Below are positions 12,825 through 22,467 of a stretch of 64,000 nucleotides of DNA, one piece after another. The number at the start of each line of letters is the position of its first letter. Within the stretch, counting starts at the first letter, position 1. The stretch is from assembly GCA_017623595.1 (NCBI GenBank), contig JAGAOU010000037.1:7493-71492 (forward strand), read 5' to 3'. The position numbers were made by a program, and so were the translations under genes. This DNA is from Clostridia bacterium. Lineage in GTDB: Bacteria > Bacillota > Clostridia > Oscillospirales > UBA644. Below the pieces are notes generated by a model. The model saw only the letters and a list, made by a program, of their open reading frames with translations, did not search any database and was not told where the DNA came from.

Positions 12825-13319
12825 ATGAAAAAGATCGGTATCGTTATGGGGAGCGACAGCGACCTTCCCATTATCCGCAAGGCCACCGATATGTTGGACA
12901 AGTTCGGTGCCCCCTATGAAGTTCATGTCTGGTCTGCCCACCGCACTCCCGTGGAGGCGAGAGACTTTGCCCTCAATGCGCGGAGGAACGGCTTTGGAGC
13001 CATTATTGCTGTGGCAGGTATGGCTGCCCATCTTGCGGGTGCCCTTGCCGCAAATACAACCCTTCCCGTCATCGGGATTCCCGCCGAATCGGGTCCTCTG
13101 AGCGGGATGGACGCCCTTCTCTCCACCGTGCAGATGCCTACCGGTATCCCCGTTGCCACCGTTGCTGTGAACGGAGGCGGAAACGCCGCCCTTTTGGCCC
13201 TGCAGATTCTTGCCGTGTCCGATGAAGCTCTGGCGGAGAAGCTGGACGCAAAGCGGGCCGCCGATGCGGATGGGGTCCGTGCAAAGAATGCCGCTGTGGA
13301 AGCGGAATTCAATCACTGA
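12825..13319 (+). CDS. purE: N5-CAIR mutase (class I PurE)
   Basis: MGSDSD, SAHRTP, GMAAHLAG, QMPTGIPVATV. Confidence 0.96.
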   Translation: MKKIGIVMGSDSDLPIIRKATDMLDKFGAPYEVHVWSAHRTPVEARDFALNARRNGFGAIIAVAGMAAHLAGALAANTTLPVIGIPAESGPLSGMDALLSTVQMPTGIPVATVAVNGGGNAALLALQILAVSDEALAEKLDAKRAADADGVRAKNAAVEAEFNH

Positions 13320-13364
13320 GTTTTTATAATCCCTGTTTATATTCAAAGAAAGTAGGTAACAACC

Positions 13365-14054
13365 ATGGAAAACCTCAAACTCGTTTATACCGGAAAAACC
13401 AAGAATGTTTATGCTCTTGACAACGGCAACTATCTGCTGAAGTTTAAGGATGATTGCACCGGCAAGGACGGCAAGTTCGATCCCGGTGAGAATGCGGTCG
13501 GTCTGACCATCGAAGGTGTGGGCGATGTCAATCTGCGGATGAGCATTTATTTCTTCGAGAAGATCAACGCTGCCGGAATCAAGACCCACTATGTCAGTGC
13601 CAACCTGAATGATACCACCATGGAGGTTCTCCCCGCAAAAGCCTTTGGTAAGGGGTTGGAGGTTATCTGCCGTTATAAGGCAGTTGGTTCCTTCTACCGC
13701 CGCTACTCCGACTACATCGAAGAGGGTGCTGATCTGCCCGCTTATGTGGAAACCACCTTCAAGAACGATGCAAAGGGTGATCCTTTGGTTACAAAAGACG
13801 GTCTTGTTGATCTGGGTGTTATGACTGCTGAGCAGTATGATTCGCTGAAGGATATGACCCAGAAGATCACCAAAATCGTCGCCGATGATCTGAAGGAAAA
13901 GGGTCTGGATATGTACGATATTAAGTTTGAGTTCGGTTATGACGATAAGGGCGAGGTTATGCTCATTGACGAGATTGCTTCGGGGAACATGCGTGTTTAT
14001 AAAGACGGTGAATACGTGGATCCTCTGACCTTGAACACTCTGTTCTTTGCTTGA
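13365..14054 (+). CDS. purC: SAICAR synthetase
   Basis: YTGKTK, FKDD, LEVICR, DIKFEFG, IDEI. Confidence 0.92.
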   Translation: MENLKLVYTGKTKNVYALDNGNYLLKFKDDCTGKDGKFDPGENAVGLTIEGVGDVNLRMSIYFFEKINAAGIKTHYVSANLNDTTMEVLPAKAFGKGLEVICRYKAVGSFYRRYSDYIEEGADLPAYVETTFKNDAKGDPLVTKDGLVDLGVMTAEQYDSLKDMTQKITKIVADDLKEKGLDMYDIKFEFGYDDKGEVMLIDEIASGNMRVYKDGEYVDPLTLNTLFFA

Positions 14055-14145
14055 TTTTAACAACTTTCTCTTCCCGCCCCGGAGACCCCTGTACTTCTCC
14101 GGAGCGGGCATCTGATTCTTAATCCTTTGGAGGAATATAGCATTT

Positions 14146-15570
14146 ATGGGAGGATTTTTTGGCGCGGCCTGCAAATACAATGTTATCGATGACGTTTTTT
14201 TCGGCACAGATTACCATTCCCACCTGGGAACCCGTCGGGGTGGTATGGCGGTGTACGATCCTGTGCGTGGGCTTCAGCGCGATATCCATAATATTGAAAA
14301 TTCGCCCTTCCGTACCAAGTTTGAAAAGGTTTTTGAGGAAATGACGGGCTGCTCCGCCATCGGCTGCATCAGTGATTACGATCCTCAGCCCTTGCTCATC
14401 CGTTCCAAGCTTGGAGTTTATGCCATCTGTGTGGTGGGGTTTGTCAACAATGCGGAAGAATTGATCGATCAGTATCTCACCTTCAGCGGCGGCCATTTTA
14501 ACGCCATGACGGCGGGAAATGTCAATGGCACGGAGTTGGTGGCGGCTCTGATCAATCAGAAAAATGATTTTGTGGAGGGGCTTCGCTTTGCGCAGTCCGA
14601 GATTCAAGGCACCGCAAATATTTTGATCCTAAAGGGAGACGGTACTATCCTTGCCGCCCGAGACCGCCTGGGACGTCTGCCTGTTTCCGTGGGAAAGCGG
14701 GAGGACGGTTACTGTGTTTCCACCGAATCCTTTGTTTGCGAGAAGGTGGGATACGAACGGATTCGGGAGCTTGGCCCCGGGGAGATCGTATCGATTACCC
14801 CCGATGGAGTGGAGCAGCTTGCCGCGGCAGGTAAGGAAATGCGCTTCTGCTCCTTTATGTGGAGCTATTACGGATTTCCCACCTCTACCTACGAAGGCGT
14901 CAACGTGGAGGTTATGCGCTATCGTAACGGTCAAATCATGGCTAAGAACGATGCTACTGCAGGAAATGCAGAAGGGGTTGATTATGTTGCCGGGGTTCCC
15001 GATTCCGGTGTTCCCCATGCCATTGGATATGCAAGTAAGAGCGACATTCCATATGCAAGACCTTTTATTAAATATACCCCTTCTTGGTCCCGCTCCTTTA
15101 CCCCTACCCGTCAGAGCGACCGTCAGAAGGTCGCTACCATGAAGCAGATTCCCGTTCATGAGTTGATTCGGGATAAATCCCTTTTGTTTGTGGACGATTC
15201 CATTGTTCGCGGAACCCAGTTGCAGGGTACAGTGGATTTCTTGTATAACCACGGCGCGAAGGAAGTGCATATGCGTTCCGCTTGTCCGCCCATCATGTAT
15301 CCCTGTAAGTTTCTTAACTTCTCCCGTTCCAACAGTGTTATGGAGTTGATTGCCCGCCGCACCATTGCGGAGCTGGAGGGGGAAGAAGGGGAGAAGCATA
15401 TCGAGGAATACTGTGATTCCTCCACCGAACGGGGCAAAAAGCTCCGCGAGACCATTTGTGAAAAGTTCCATTTCAAATCTTTGGAATTTCAGTCTCTGGA
15501 GGGGTTGATTGAAGCTATTGGGATTGATCCGTCCAAGCTCTGTACTTATTGCTGGAACGGCAAAGAATAA
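14146..15570 (+). CDS. purF: Amidophosphoribosyltransferase (variant lacking N-terminal Cys)
   Basis: GVPDSG, PRPP loop VDDSIVRGT, Fe-S Cys ligands (FCSF, YPC, CTYCW); N-terminus MGGFFG. Confidence 0.88.
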   Translation: MGGFFGAACKYNVIDDVFFGTDYHSHLGTRRGGMAVYDPVRGLQRDIHNIENSPFRTKFEKVFEEMTGCSAIGCISDYDPQPLLIRSKLGVYAICVVGFVNNAEELIDQYLTFSGGHFNAMTAGNVNGTELVAALINQKNDFVEGLRFAQSEIQGTANILILKGDGTILAARDRLGRLPVSVGKREDGYCVSTESFVCEKVGYERIRELGPGEIVSITPDGVEQLAAAGKEMRFCSFMWSYYGFPTSTYEGVNVEVMRYRNGQIMAKNDATAGNAEGVDYVAGVPDSGVPHAIGYASKSDIPYARPFIKYTPSWSRSFTPTRQSDRQKVATMKQIPVHELIRDKSLLFVDDSIVRGTQLQGTVDFLYNHGAKEVHMRSACPPIMYPCKFLNFSRSNSVMELIARRTIAELEGEEGEKHIEEYCDSSTERGKKLRETICEKFHFKSLEFQSLEGLIEAIGIDPSKLCTYCWNGKE

Positions 15571-15597
15571 TGTGATAATAGCGAGAGGAGATATCTT

Positions 15598-16644
15598 ATG
15601 AGTTTATCCAAGTCCGACAGTTACGCCGCCGCCGGTGTTGATATTACCGCCGGTTATAAGGCCGTGGAACTGATGAAAAAGCATATTGCACGCACCCGTA
15701 ATGAGGGATGTCTGGATGATGTGGGCGGCTTCGGCGGATGCTTCGGTTTGCCCATTGCCGGCATGGAGGAGCCCGTTCTTGTGTCGGGTACCGACGGCTG
15801 CGGAACCAAGGTAAAGCTTGCCATTCTCATGGACAAGCACGATACCATCGGTATCGATGCCGTTGCCATGTGTGTCAACGATATTATCTGCTGCGGTGCA
15901 AAGCCTCTGTTCTTCCTGGACTACATTGCCTGCGGTAAGAACATTCCCGAAAAGATTGCCGAGATCGTCAGCGGTGTTGCCGAGGGTTGCGTGCAGTCCG
16001 GTGCCGCTCTGATCGGCGGGGAAACGGCAGAGCATCCCGGTATGATGCCCGTGGAGGACTACGACCTTGCAGGTTTTGCCGTCGGTATCGTTGATAAGAA
16101 GAAAATTCTGGACAACACCCGCATGGCGGAAGGGGATATTGTGATTGCCCTGGCCTCTACGGGAATTCACTCCAACGGATTCTCCCTTTGCCGTAAGGTG
16201 TTTGATATTGATAACAACAACCCCGACCTCTATGTTCCCAAGGGAGAGCTGGGCGGAAAAACCACGGCGGAGGCTCTGTTGGTTCCCACCAGAATTTACG
16301 TCAAATCGGTGCTCGCTCTGCTGGAAAAGGTGGATGTGAAGGGGATTTCCCATATCACCGGCGGCGGCTTCTACGAAAATATTCCCAGAAGCATTCCCGA
16401 CGGCCTGGGCGCCAAGATTGACAAGAGTGCCGTTAAGGTGCTTCCCATTTTCGATCTCATCGCCAAGACGGGTAATATCCCCGAACGGGATATGTACAAC
16501 ACTTATAATATGGGTGTCGGCATGAGCATCGTTGTCCCCAAGAATGAGGTGGATACCGCCCTTGAAATCCTCAAGGCCAACGGGGAAGATGCTTACGTCA
16601 TCGGTGAAATCATCGCCTCCGACGAAAAGGTGGTCTTATGCTGA
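15598..16644 (+). CDS. purM: AIR synthetase
   Basis: YAAAGVDI, GTDGCGTK, GGETAEHP, HSNGFSL, HITGGG. Confidence 0.97.
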   Translation: MSLSKSDSYAAAGVDITAGYKAVELMKKHIARTRNEGCLDDVGGFGGCFGLPIAGMEEPVLVSGTDGCGTKVKLAILMDKHDTIGIDAVAMCVNDIICCGAKPLFFLDYIACGKNIPEKIAEIVSGVAEGCVQSGAALIGGETAEHPGMMPVEDYDLAGFAVGIVDKKKILDNTRMAEGDIVIALASTGIHSNGFSLCRKVFDIDNNNPDLYVPKGELGGKTTAEALLVPTRIYVKSVLALLEKVDVKGISHITGGGFYENIPRSIPDGLGAKIDKSAVKVLPIFDLIAKTGNIPERDMYNTYNMGVGMSIVVPKNEVDTALEILKANGEDAYVIGEIIASDEKVVLC

Positions 16645-17270
16645 GTCCCGTTCGGATTGCCGTCCTTGTTTCGGGCGGCGGAACCAATCTGCAAGCCCTG
16701 ATCGATGCGGAAAAAACCGGCATGTTCGGCGCAGGGAAGATTTCTCTTGTTCTCGCCTCCAAGCCCGGGGTTTATGCCCTTGAGCGTGCGACAAACAATG
16801 GGATTCCCGCCAAGGTTTTGCCCCGCAAGGCCTTTGAGTCCATCGCCGATTATTCCAAAGCCCTGGCGGATACGTTACAGGAAGAGAAGATCGATCTTGT
16901 GGTGCTGGCAGGCTTTTTGACCATCATCGACGAGCAGGTGTTTGAAGCCTTCCCTTACCGTATTCTCAACGTTCATCCTGCCCTGATTCCCTCCTTCTGC
17001 GGGAAGGGATACTATGGGCTTCATGTTCATGAGGCGGCTTTGGCGAAGGGCGTGAAGATTTCGGGCGCTACGGTGCATTTTGTTACCCCCGAATGTGACG
17101 CGGGCCCCATCGTTCTGCAAAAGGCGGTGGATGTCAGGCAGGACGATACCCCGGAGACCTTGCAACAGCGCATCATGGAAGAAGCGGAGTGGAAAATTCT
17201 TCCCGAAGCTGTGAAGCTTTTCTGTGAAGGAAAGCTCCGTGTTTCCGATAACAAAGTTTACATTGACTGA
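16638..17270 (+). CDS. purN: GAR transformylase
   Basis: SGGGTNLQA, LNVHPALIP, GATVHFV, DAGPI. Confidence 0.96.
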   Translation: MLSPVRIAVLVSGGGTNLQALIDAEKTGMFGAGKISLVLASKPGVYALERATNNGIPAKVLPRKAFESIADYSKALADTLQEEKIDLVVLAGFLTIIDEQVFEAFPYRILNVHPALIPSFCGKGYYGLHVHEAALAKGVKISGATVHFVTPECDAGPIVLQKAVDVRQDDTPETLQQRIMEEAEWKILPEAVKLFCEGKLRVSDNKVYID

Positions 17271-17291
17271 AGACCGAAAGGAGATCTTTTT

Positions 17292-18008
17292 ATGAAAATT
17301 TCCACCATTGCAAATGAACTGAATTCTTTGGCTTACCACGGCCGCGGTATTATCATCGGAAAGAGCGCTGACGGAAAAAAAGCGATCACCGCTTATTTCA
17401 TCATGGGGCGCAGTGAAAACAGCCGTAACCGTGTCTTTGTTGCGGAAGGGGACGCAATGCGCACCAAAGCCTTTGATGAATCCAAAATGATCGATCCCCA
17501 TCTGATCATTTATTATCCCGTCCGTGTTCTCGGAAATAAGACTATTGTTACCAACGGTGATCAGACCGACACTATTTACGATCTGATGGATAAGCAGATG
17601 ACCTTCGAACAGGCCCTTCGTACCCGTGAATTTGAAGATGATAAGCCTAACTTCACTCCCCGCATTTCGGGCATTATCCATCACGAAAAGGGCGAAATGA
17701 ACTTTGCCATGTTCATTCTGAAGTCCGCCGAGGGCGACGATTCCTCCTGTGAGCGCTTCACCTTCGCCTACAACAATCCCATTGCGGGAAAGGCGAAATT
17801 TATCCACACCTATAACGGTGACGGCAATCCCCTTCCTTCCTACGAAGGAGAGCCCAAGACTCTGGAACTGCCCGACACCGATATTGATTCTCTCACAGAT
17901 CTGATCTGGACCAATCTGAACGAAGATAACAAGGTATCCCTCTTTGTTCGTTACATTGATTTGGAAAACGGCGAGACCGAAACCCGCATCGTCAACAAAA
18001 ACGTTTAA
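17292..18008 (+). CDS. Standalone IMP cyclohydrolase (PurO-like Ntn fold)
   Basis: YHGRGI, YFIMGRSENSRNR, IVTNGDQTD, FEDDKPNFTPRISG; precedes a transformylase lacking the cyclohydrolase domain. Confidence 0.8.
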   Translation: MKISTIANELNSLAYHGRGIIIGKSADGKKAITAYFIMGRSENSRNRVFVAEGDAMRTKAFDESKMIDPHLIIYYPVRVLGNKTIVTNGDQTDTIYDLMDKQMTFEQALRTREFEDDKPNFTPRISGIIHHEKGEMNFAMFILKSAEGDDSSCERFTFAYNNPIAGKAKFIHTYNGDGNPLPSYEGEPKTLELPDTDIDSLTDLIWTNLNEDNKVSLFVRYIDLENGETETRIVNKNV

Positions 18009-18022
18009 TTAAGGAAAGGGAA

Positions 18023-19213
18023 ATGAAAATGAAAGAATTTGAACTGAAGTACGGTTGTAACCCCAATCAGAAGCCCGCAAAAATTTTTATGCATGACGGA
18101 TCCGATCTTCCCATCGAAATCCTTTCCGGCCGTCCCGGATTCATTAACTTCCTGGACGCCTTTAATTCCTGGCAGCTGGTCAAAGAACTGAAGGAAGCCC
18201 TCGGCCTTCCCGCCGCTGCATCCTTCAAGCATGTTTCTCCCACCTCTGCCGCCGTGGGTACCCCCCTTCCCGAAAAACTGAAGAAGGCTTGCTTTGTGGA
18301 TGACATCGAAGGCCTGGATGAGAATCCTTTGGCCTGCGCCTATGCCCGTGCCCGCGGTACCGACCGTATGTGCTCCTACGGTGACTGGGTTGCCCTTTCC
18401 GATGTTTGTGACAAAATGACCGCCGAGTTGATCTTCCGTGAAGTTTCCGACGGCGTTATCGCTCCCGGGTATACCGAGGAAGCCCTCGAAATCCTCAAGG
18501 GCAAACGTAAGGGGAACTACAATGTGGTCAAGATCGATCCCAACTATGTCCCCGATGCCATCGAGCATAAGCAGGTTTACGGTATTACCTTTGAGCAGGG
18601 CCGCAACGCTGTTGCCATCGATGCAAAGATGCTGGAAAACGTGGTCACCGAGAAGAAGGATCTTCCCGAATCCGCAAAGAGAGACCTGGTTGTTGCTCTG
18701 ATTACTCTGAAATACACGCAGTCCAACTCGGTTTGCTACGCCGTGGACGGCCAGGCCATCGGTGTGGGTGCCGGACAGCAGTCCCGTATTCATTGTACCC
18801 GTCTTGCCGGCGGAAAGGCAGACACCTGGCATCTGCGTCAGGCCGACAAGGTCCTTAACCTGCCCTTCAAGCCCGAGTTGTCCCGTCCCGAACGTGACAA
18901 CGTCATCGACGGCTACATCAACAAAAACGAAGAGGATGTTTGCGCTGAAGGCGTTTGGCAGAAATACTTCACCGTCCGTCCCGAGCCCTTTACCTCCGAG
19001 GAAATGAAGGCATATCTTGCCACCATCCGCGGTGTTGCTCTGGGCTCTGATGCTTTCTTCCCCTTTGATGACAATATTCAGCGCGCTTACGCCAGCGGTG
19101 CAGATTATATCGCAGAACCCGGCGGCTCCATCCGTGATGACATTGTTATCTCCCGTTGCAATGAACTGGGCATTTCCATGGCATTTACGGGTCTCCGTTT
19201 GTTCCACCACTAA
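18023..19213 (+). CDS. purH: AICAR transformylase (transformylase domain only)
   Basis: LKYGCNPNQ, SFKHVSP, QSNSV, GQQSRIHC, SDAFFPF, RLFHH; no N-terminal MGS-like domain. Confidence 0.9.
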   Translation: MKMKEFELKYGCNPNQKPAKIFMHDGSDLPIEILSGRPGFINFLDAFNSWQLVKELKEALGLPAAASFKHVSPTSAAVGTPLPEKLKKACFVDDIEGLDENPLACAYARARGTDRMCSYGDWVALSDVCDKMTAELIFREVSDGVIAPGYTEEALEILKGKRKGNYNVVKIDPNYVPDAIEHKQVYGITFEQGRNAVAIDAKMLENVVTEKKDLPESAKRDLVVALITLKYTQSNSVCYAVDGQAIGVGAGQQSRIHCTRLAGGKADTWHLRQADKVLNLPFKPELSRPERDNVIDGYINKNEEDVCAEGVWQKYFTVRPEPFTSEEMKAYLATIRGVALGSDAFFPFDDNIQRAYASGADYIAEPGGSIRDDIVISRCNELGISMAFTGLRLFHH

Positions 19214-19234
19214 TAAAAGAGGAGGTACGATACT

Positions 19235-20335
19235 ATGAAGAAGATTTTTGCATTGTTGCTTTGTCTTTCTATGGTTTTTGCTCTCGTTGCCTGCGGCGGC
19301 GGAGAAGAAACGCTCACGGACGGTTCGGATGCATCGGTTGACGCTTCCACCGAAACCTCCACTGACACGTCTTCCAATACGTCCACCAATACAAACGGTT
19401 CTTGGGGCGATCTTCCCGAGGATACCGTTCCCAACCTGGTAATCGCTAACGATCAGATCAAGGAACGTGCCGTTATCTATGATCTGGATGCCTACGAAGA
19501 AGGCGATACTCTGGATGATCTTGAGGTTTGGTCGGTTCCTACCGGTCATGCGGCAGGTGTTAAGTACCGCGAAGACACGGTTTTCGGTGACGTTGTTATT
19601 GTTGCCGGATCTCAGACGTCCGCTATTTACAAATATCCCTCTAAGGAAGTTGTTTGGAGTACTTCCAACCCCGGAAATAATCCCCACTCCATCGAAATTC
19701 TTCCCTCCGGTAATATCGTTATTGCCAACTCCACGGGCAACTGCCTCAGAGTTTTTTCCGCTTCTGCGATTTTGGACGGGAATAAGGGTGTTGCTCAGAA
19801 ATTTACTGATTACACGTTGAAGGGTGCTCACGGTGTTTTGTGGGATCCCGAATATGAAGTTCTGTGGGCGCTGGGCGGTTACGAACTGGCGGCTTATGCC
19901 ATCTCCGGCACCGGAACAGGTGAAAAATTGTCCAAAGTGGGCGGTATGGGGTGCGATATTTCCAAACTGGGCTACGGTCATGACCTCCAGCCCGACTATA
20001 CCGACACACGTTATCTCTACTTCACTGCGGGGAATGCCTACCGCTTTGATAAAGAAGAGAACAAGGCAGGCAGTTTCCCCCAGGCCAGCACGATGCAGCA
20101 AAAGGAAATCAAAGGATTTTCCAACAATCCCAATGGGAATGTGTTTACCACAGGTCCTCTCGGCGGTGCCGGAAAGTTCTTTGCCAACAGCTCCAAGGAA
20201 TCCTGGCTGACCGATACGATTTATTTCTTCACCAAGAAGGTTGTCAAGGACCGAGTTGTTGTTACGAAAAACGAATTTGTTTCGGAATCCAGCGCCTTCT
20301 ATAAGGTTCGTGCGTTCTACGGACAGTATCAATAA
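19235..20335 (+). CDS. Beta-propeller lipoprotein, DUF6528-like (paralog 1)
   Basis: MKK plus hydrophobic stretch plus LVAC lipobox; S/T/D linker; NDQ, NPHSIEILP, HGVLWD, GHDL, FYKVR motifs. Confidence 0.75.
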   Translation: MKKIFALLLCLSMVFALVACGGGEETLTDGSDASVDASTETSTDTSSNTSTNTNGSWGDLPEDTVPNLVIANDQIKERAVIYDLDAYEEGDTLDDLEVWSVPTGHAAGVKYREDTVFGDVVIVAGSQTSAIYKYPSKEVVWSTSNPGNNPHSIEILPSGNIVIANSTGNCLRVFSASAILDGNKGVAQKFTDYTLKGAHGVLWDPEYEVLWALGGYELAAYAISGTGTGEKLSKVGGMGCDISKLGYGHDLQPDYTDTRYLYFTAGNAYRFDKEENKAGSFPQASTMQQKEIKGFSNNPNGNVFTTGPLGGAGKFFANSSKESWLTDTIYFFTKKVVKDRVVVTKNEFVSESSAFYKVRAFYGQYQ

Positions 20336-20402
20336 TCTTGACAGGATTTTTTCTTCTCGGCAACGTTTGTTGTGAGTATCACAAAATAAGGGGTATAACA
20401 TC

Positions 20403-21491
20403 ATGAAAAAGATTTTTGCATTAGTGCTTTGTCTCTCAGTGCTTTTTTCTCTTGTTGCCTGCGGAGGTGGGGAAGTTCCCTCTGATGGGTCGGACGCATC
20501 GGTTGATGCGTCCTCCGAATCCTCTACCGACACCTCCACCGATACCTCCGGTTGGACCGGTCTTCCCGAAGACACGGTTGATAACTGGGTTATTGCCAAC
20601 GATCAGATCAAGGATCGCGTTGTTGTGTATGATCTGGATGCATACGAAGAAGGTGATGTTCTGGAGGATTTGGAGGTTTGGTCTGTTTCGACCCAGGGCC
20701 AGGCCGCAGGGGTAAAGTATCGTGAGGATACCGTGTTCGGCGATGTTGTTATCGTTGCGGGCAGTCATTCCGCCATTTATGAATATCCCTCCGGAAAAGA
20801 GCTTTGGTCCACAAACAATCCCGGAAACAATACACATTCCATTGAGATCCTTCCCTCCGGGAATATCGTTCTTGCCAATTCCACAGGCAACAGCCTGCGC
20901 ATGTTCCAAGCCAGCGCTATCCTGAGCGGCGACAGCAAGAAGTCTCAAAGCTTTAAGGACTATGAATTGGCCGGTGCGCACGGGGTTCTGTGGGATCCCG
21001 AATACGATGTTCTGTGGGCCCTGGGTAACGGCGAAATCGCCGCCTATGCCCTTGCCAACAGTAGCGCGGGAGAGGTCCTTTCCAAGGTTTCCGGAATGGG
21101 GACCACCTTCTCGGGTCTGAAGGGGAGTGGCCATGATTTGCAGCCTGACTATAGTGATACCCGTTATCTCTATTTCACCGCAGGAAATGTTTACATGTTC
21201 GATAAGGAAGAAAATAAGGTTCGGACCAGTTTCCCCTATTCTTCTACTTTCCAGCTTCCCGAAATCAAGGGCTTTTCCAACAACCCCAACAAGAAGTTTT
21301 TCAGTACGGGACTTCTGGGAGGAGAAGGAAAGTTCTTCGAAGGCCATTGGAAGGAAAGTTGGCTGACCGATACCATTATTTTTTACTTCAGAATCGAAAA
21401 GCGTGGCCAGGTTGCCATGCGCAAGGTTGAAATTGTTGCGGAAGAAAGTGCTTTTTATAAGGTTCGTGCTTTTTACGGACAATATCAATAA
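20403..21491 (+). CDS. Beta-propeller lipoprotein, DUF6528-like (paralog 2)
   Basis: LVAC lipobox; S/T/D linker; same motifs; C-terminus SAFYKVRAFYGQYQ identical to paralog 1. Confidence 0.75.
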   Translation: MKKIFALVLCLSVLFSLVACGGGEVPSDGSDASVDASSESSTDTSTDTSGWTGLPEDTVDNWVIANDQIKDRVVVYDLDAYEEGDVLEDLEVWSVSTQGQAAGVKYREDTVFGDVVIVAGSHSAIYEYPSGKELWSTNNPGNNTHSIEILPSGNIVLANSTGNSLRMFQASAILSGDSKKSQSFKDYELAGAHGVLWDPEYDVLWALGNGEIAAYALANSSAGEVLSKVSGMGTTFSGLKGSGHDLQPDYSDTRYLYFTAGNVYMFDKEENKVRTSFPYSSTFQLPEIKGFSNNPNKKFFSTGLLGGEGKFFEGHWKESWLTDTIIFYFRIEKRGQVAMRKVEIVAEESAFYKVRAFYGQYQ

Positions 21492-21529
21492 CCTTGATAT
21501 GATTTTCGGTTCCTCGGGGGCATTTACTT

Positions 21530-22444
21530 ATGGGTGGATGGAATCATCCGGTGCTTGGAAACGATCAATGGAACGAATCCATTGTTTTGTATGATTTGGA
21601 CTGCATAGATTCCCTCGGTTCTTTGGAGCAGGGGGAAATTCAACGCTGGTCTACCGATCACATATCCGGGATGACCTATCGTGAAGATACCGTTTTCGGC
21701 GATGTATTTCTCACCGTTGGAAGGACCGCTTCCCTTGTTACTTTCCCGGAAGGGAAGGTCTTGTGGTCTACCGATTCTCCCGGACGGAATTCTCATGCGG
21801 CAGAATTGTTGCCGGGAGGTAATCTCATTGTGGCCAATTCCTCGGGGGATGATTTCCGACTGTTCTTTACGTCAGCGCTTTTGACTTCAGATCGGGATTC
21901 TGCCGCAACCTATGTTTCCTATCCGTTCTTCCACACCCACGGGGTCCTGTGGGATCCCGTGTACCAATGCCTTTGGGTGTTGGGTGCCGGGGAGCTTGCA
22001 GCCTATCGCGCGGTCGGGGAAGGGGTGTCCCAACGTTTGGAGCCCATTCCCGGAAAACGGTGGTCGATTTCCGAATACGGGAACGGCGGTCATGATTTGA
22101 ATCCCGATCCTACCGACAGCCGCTATTTGTTTTGTACACCCCTTCACGGCGTGCTTCGCTTCGACAAACAGACGGGAACCTTTTCCCGCCCATATCCTGC
22201 ACAAGCTGCCATTGCAACCCGCCATTGTAAATCCTTTTCCTGTTTTCCTGACGGAACGTTTGTTTATACCTCCCCTGCGCTTCGGGATGATCCGAAATGG
22301 AACGACTGGTGGAAGCAGAACTGGTGTACAGACAGAATTGTTTGGTTGCGGGTTTCCCCCGATGGAACTTTTGAGGAACGGGAAATCTTTAGCGATCAAG
22401 GTGCGTTTTATAAATGTAAGGTCTTTTACGGACAGTACCTTTGA
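21530..22444 (+). CDS. DUF6528-like beta-propeller, no signal peptide (paralog 3)
   Basis: GNDQ, NSHAAELLP, HGVLWD, GHDL, FYKCK. Confidence 0.72.
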   Translation: MGGWNHPVLGNDQWNESIVLYDLDCIDSLGSLEQGEIQRWSTDHISGMTYREDTVFGDVFLTVGRTASLVTFPEGKVLWSTDSPGRNSHAAELLPGGNLIVANSSGDDFRLFFTSALLTSDRDSAATYVSYPFFHTHGVLWDPVYQCLWVLGAGELAAYRAVGEGVSQRLEPIPGKRWSISEYGNGGHDLNPDPTDSRYLFCTPLHGVLRFDKQTGTFSRPYPAQAAIATRHCKSFSCFPDGTFVYTSPALRDDPKWNDWWKQNWCTDRIVWLRVSPDGTFEEREIFSDQGAFYKCKVFYGQYL

Positions 22445-22467
22445 ATTGATTACGGAGATGTTTTGTT

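Noticed and set aside
19310-19400. Repetitive Ser/Thr/Asp-coding stretch (also 20480-20550) as a tandem repeat or VNTR
   Set aside because: Low-complexity lipoprotein linker with varied codons; no exact repeat units
20338-20398. TTGACA between propeller paralogs 1 and 2 as an internal promoter
   Set aside because: No -10 element at 16-18 bp; the TATAAC at ~20394 is too far away and abuts the RBS and start codon
18005-20599. 864-aa antisense ORF over purH and propeller paralogs 1-2
   Set aside because: Antisense shadow frame with no recognisable domain; the same applies to 12633-14207 and 24405-26345 on the minus strand
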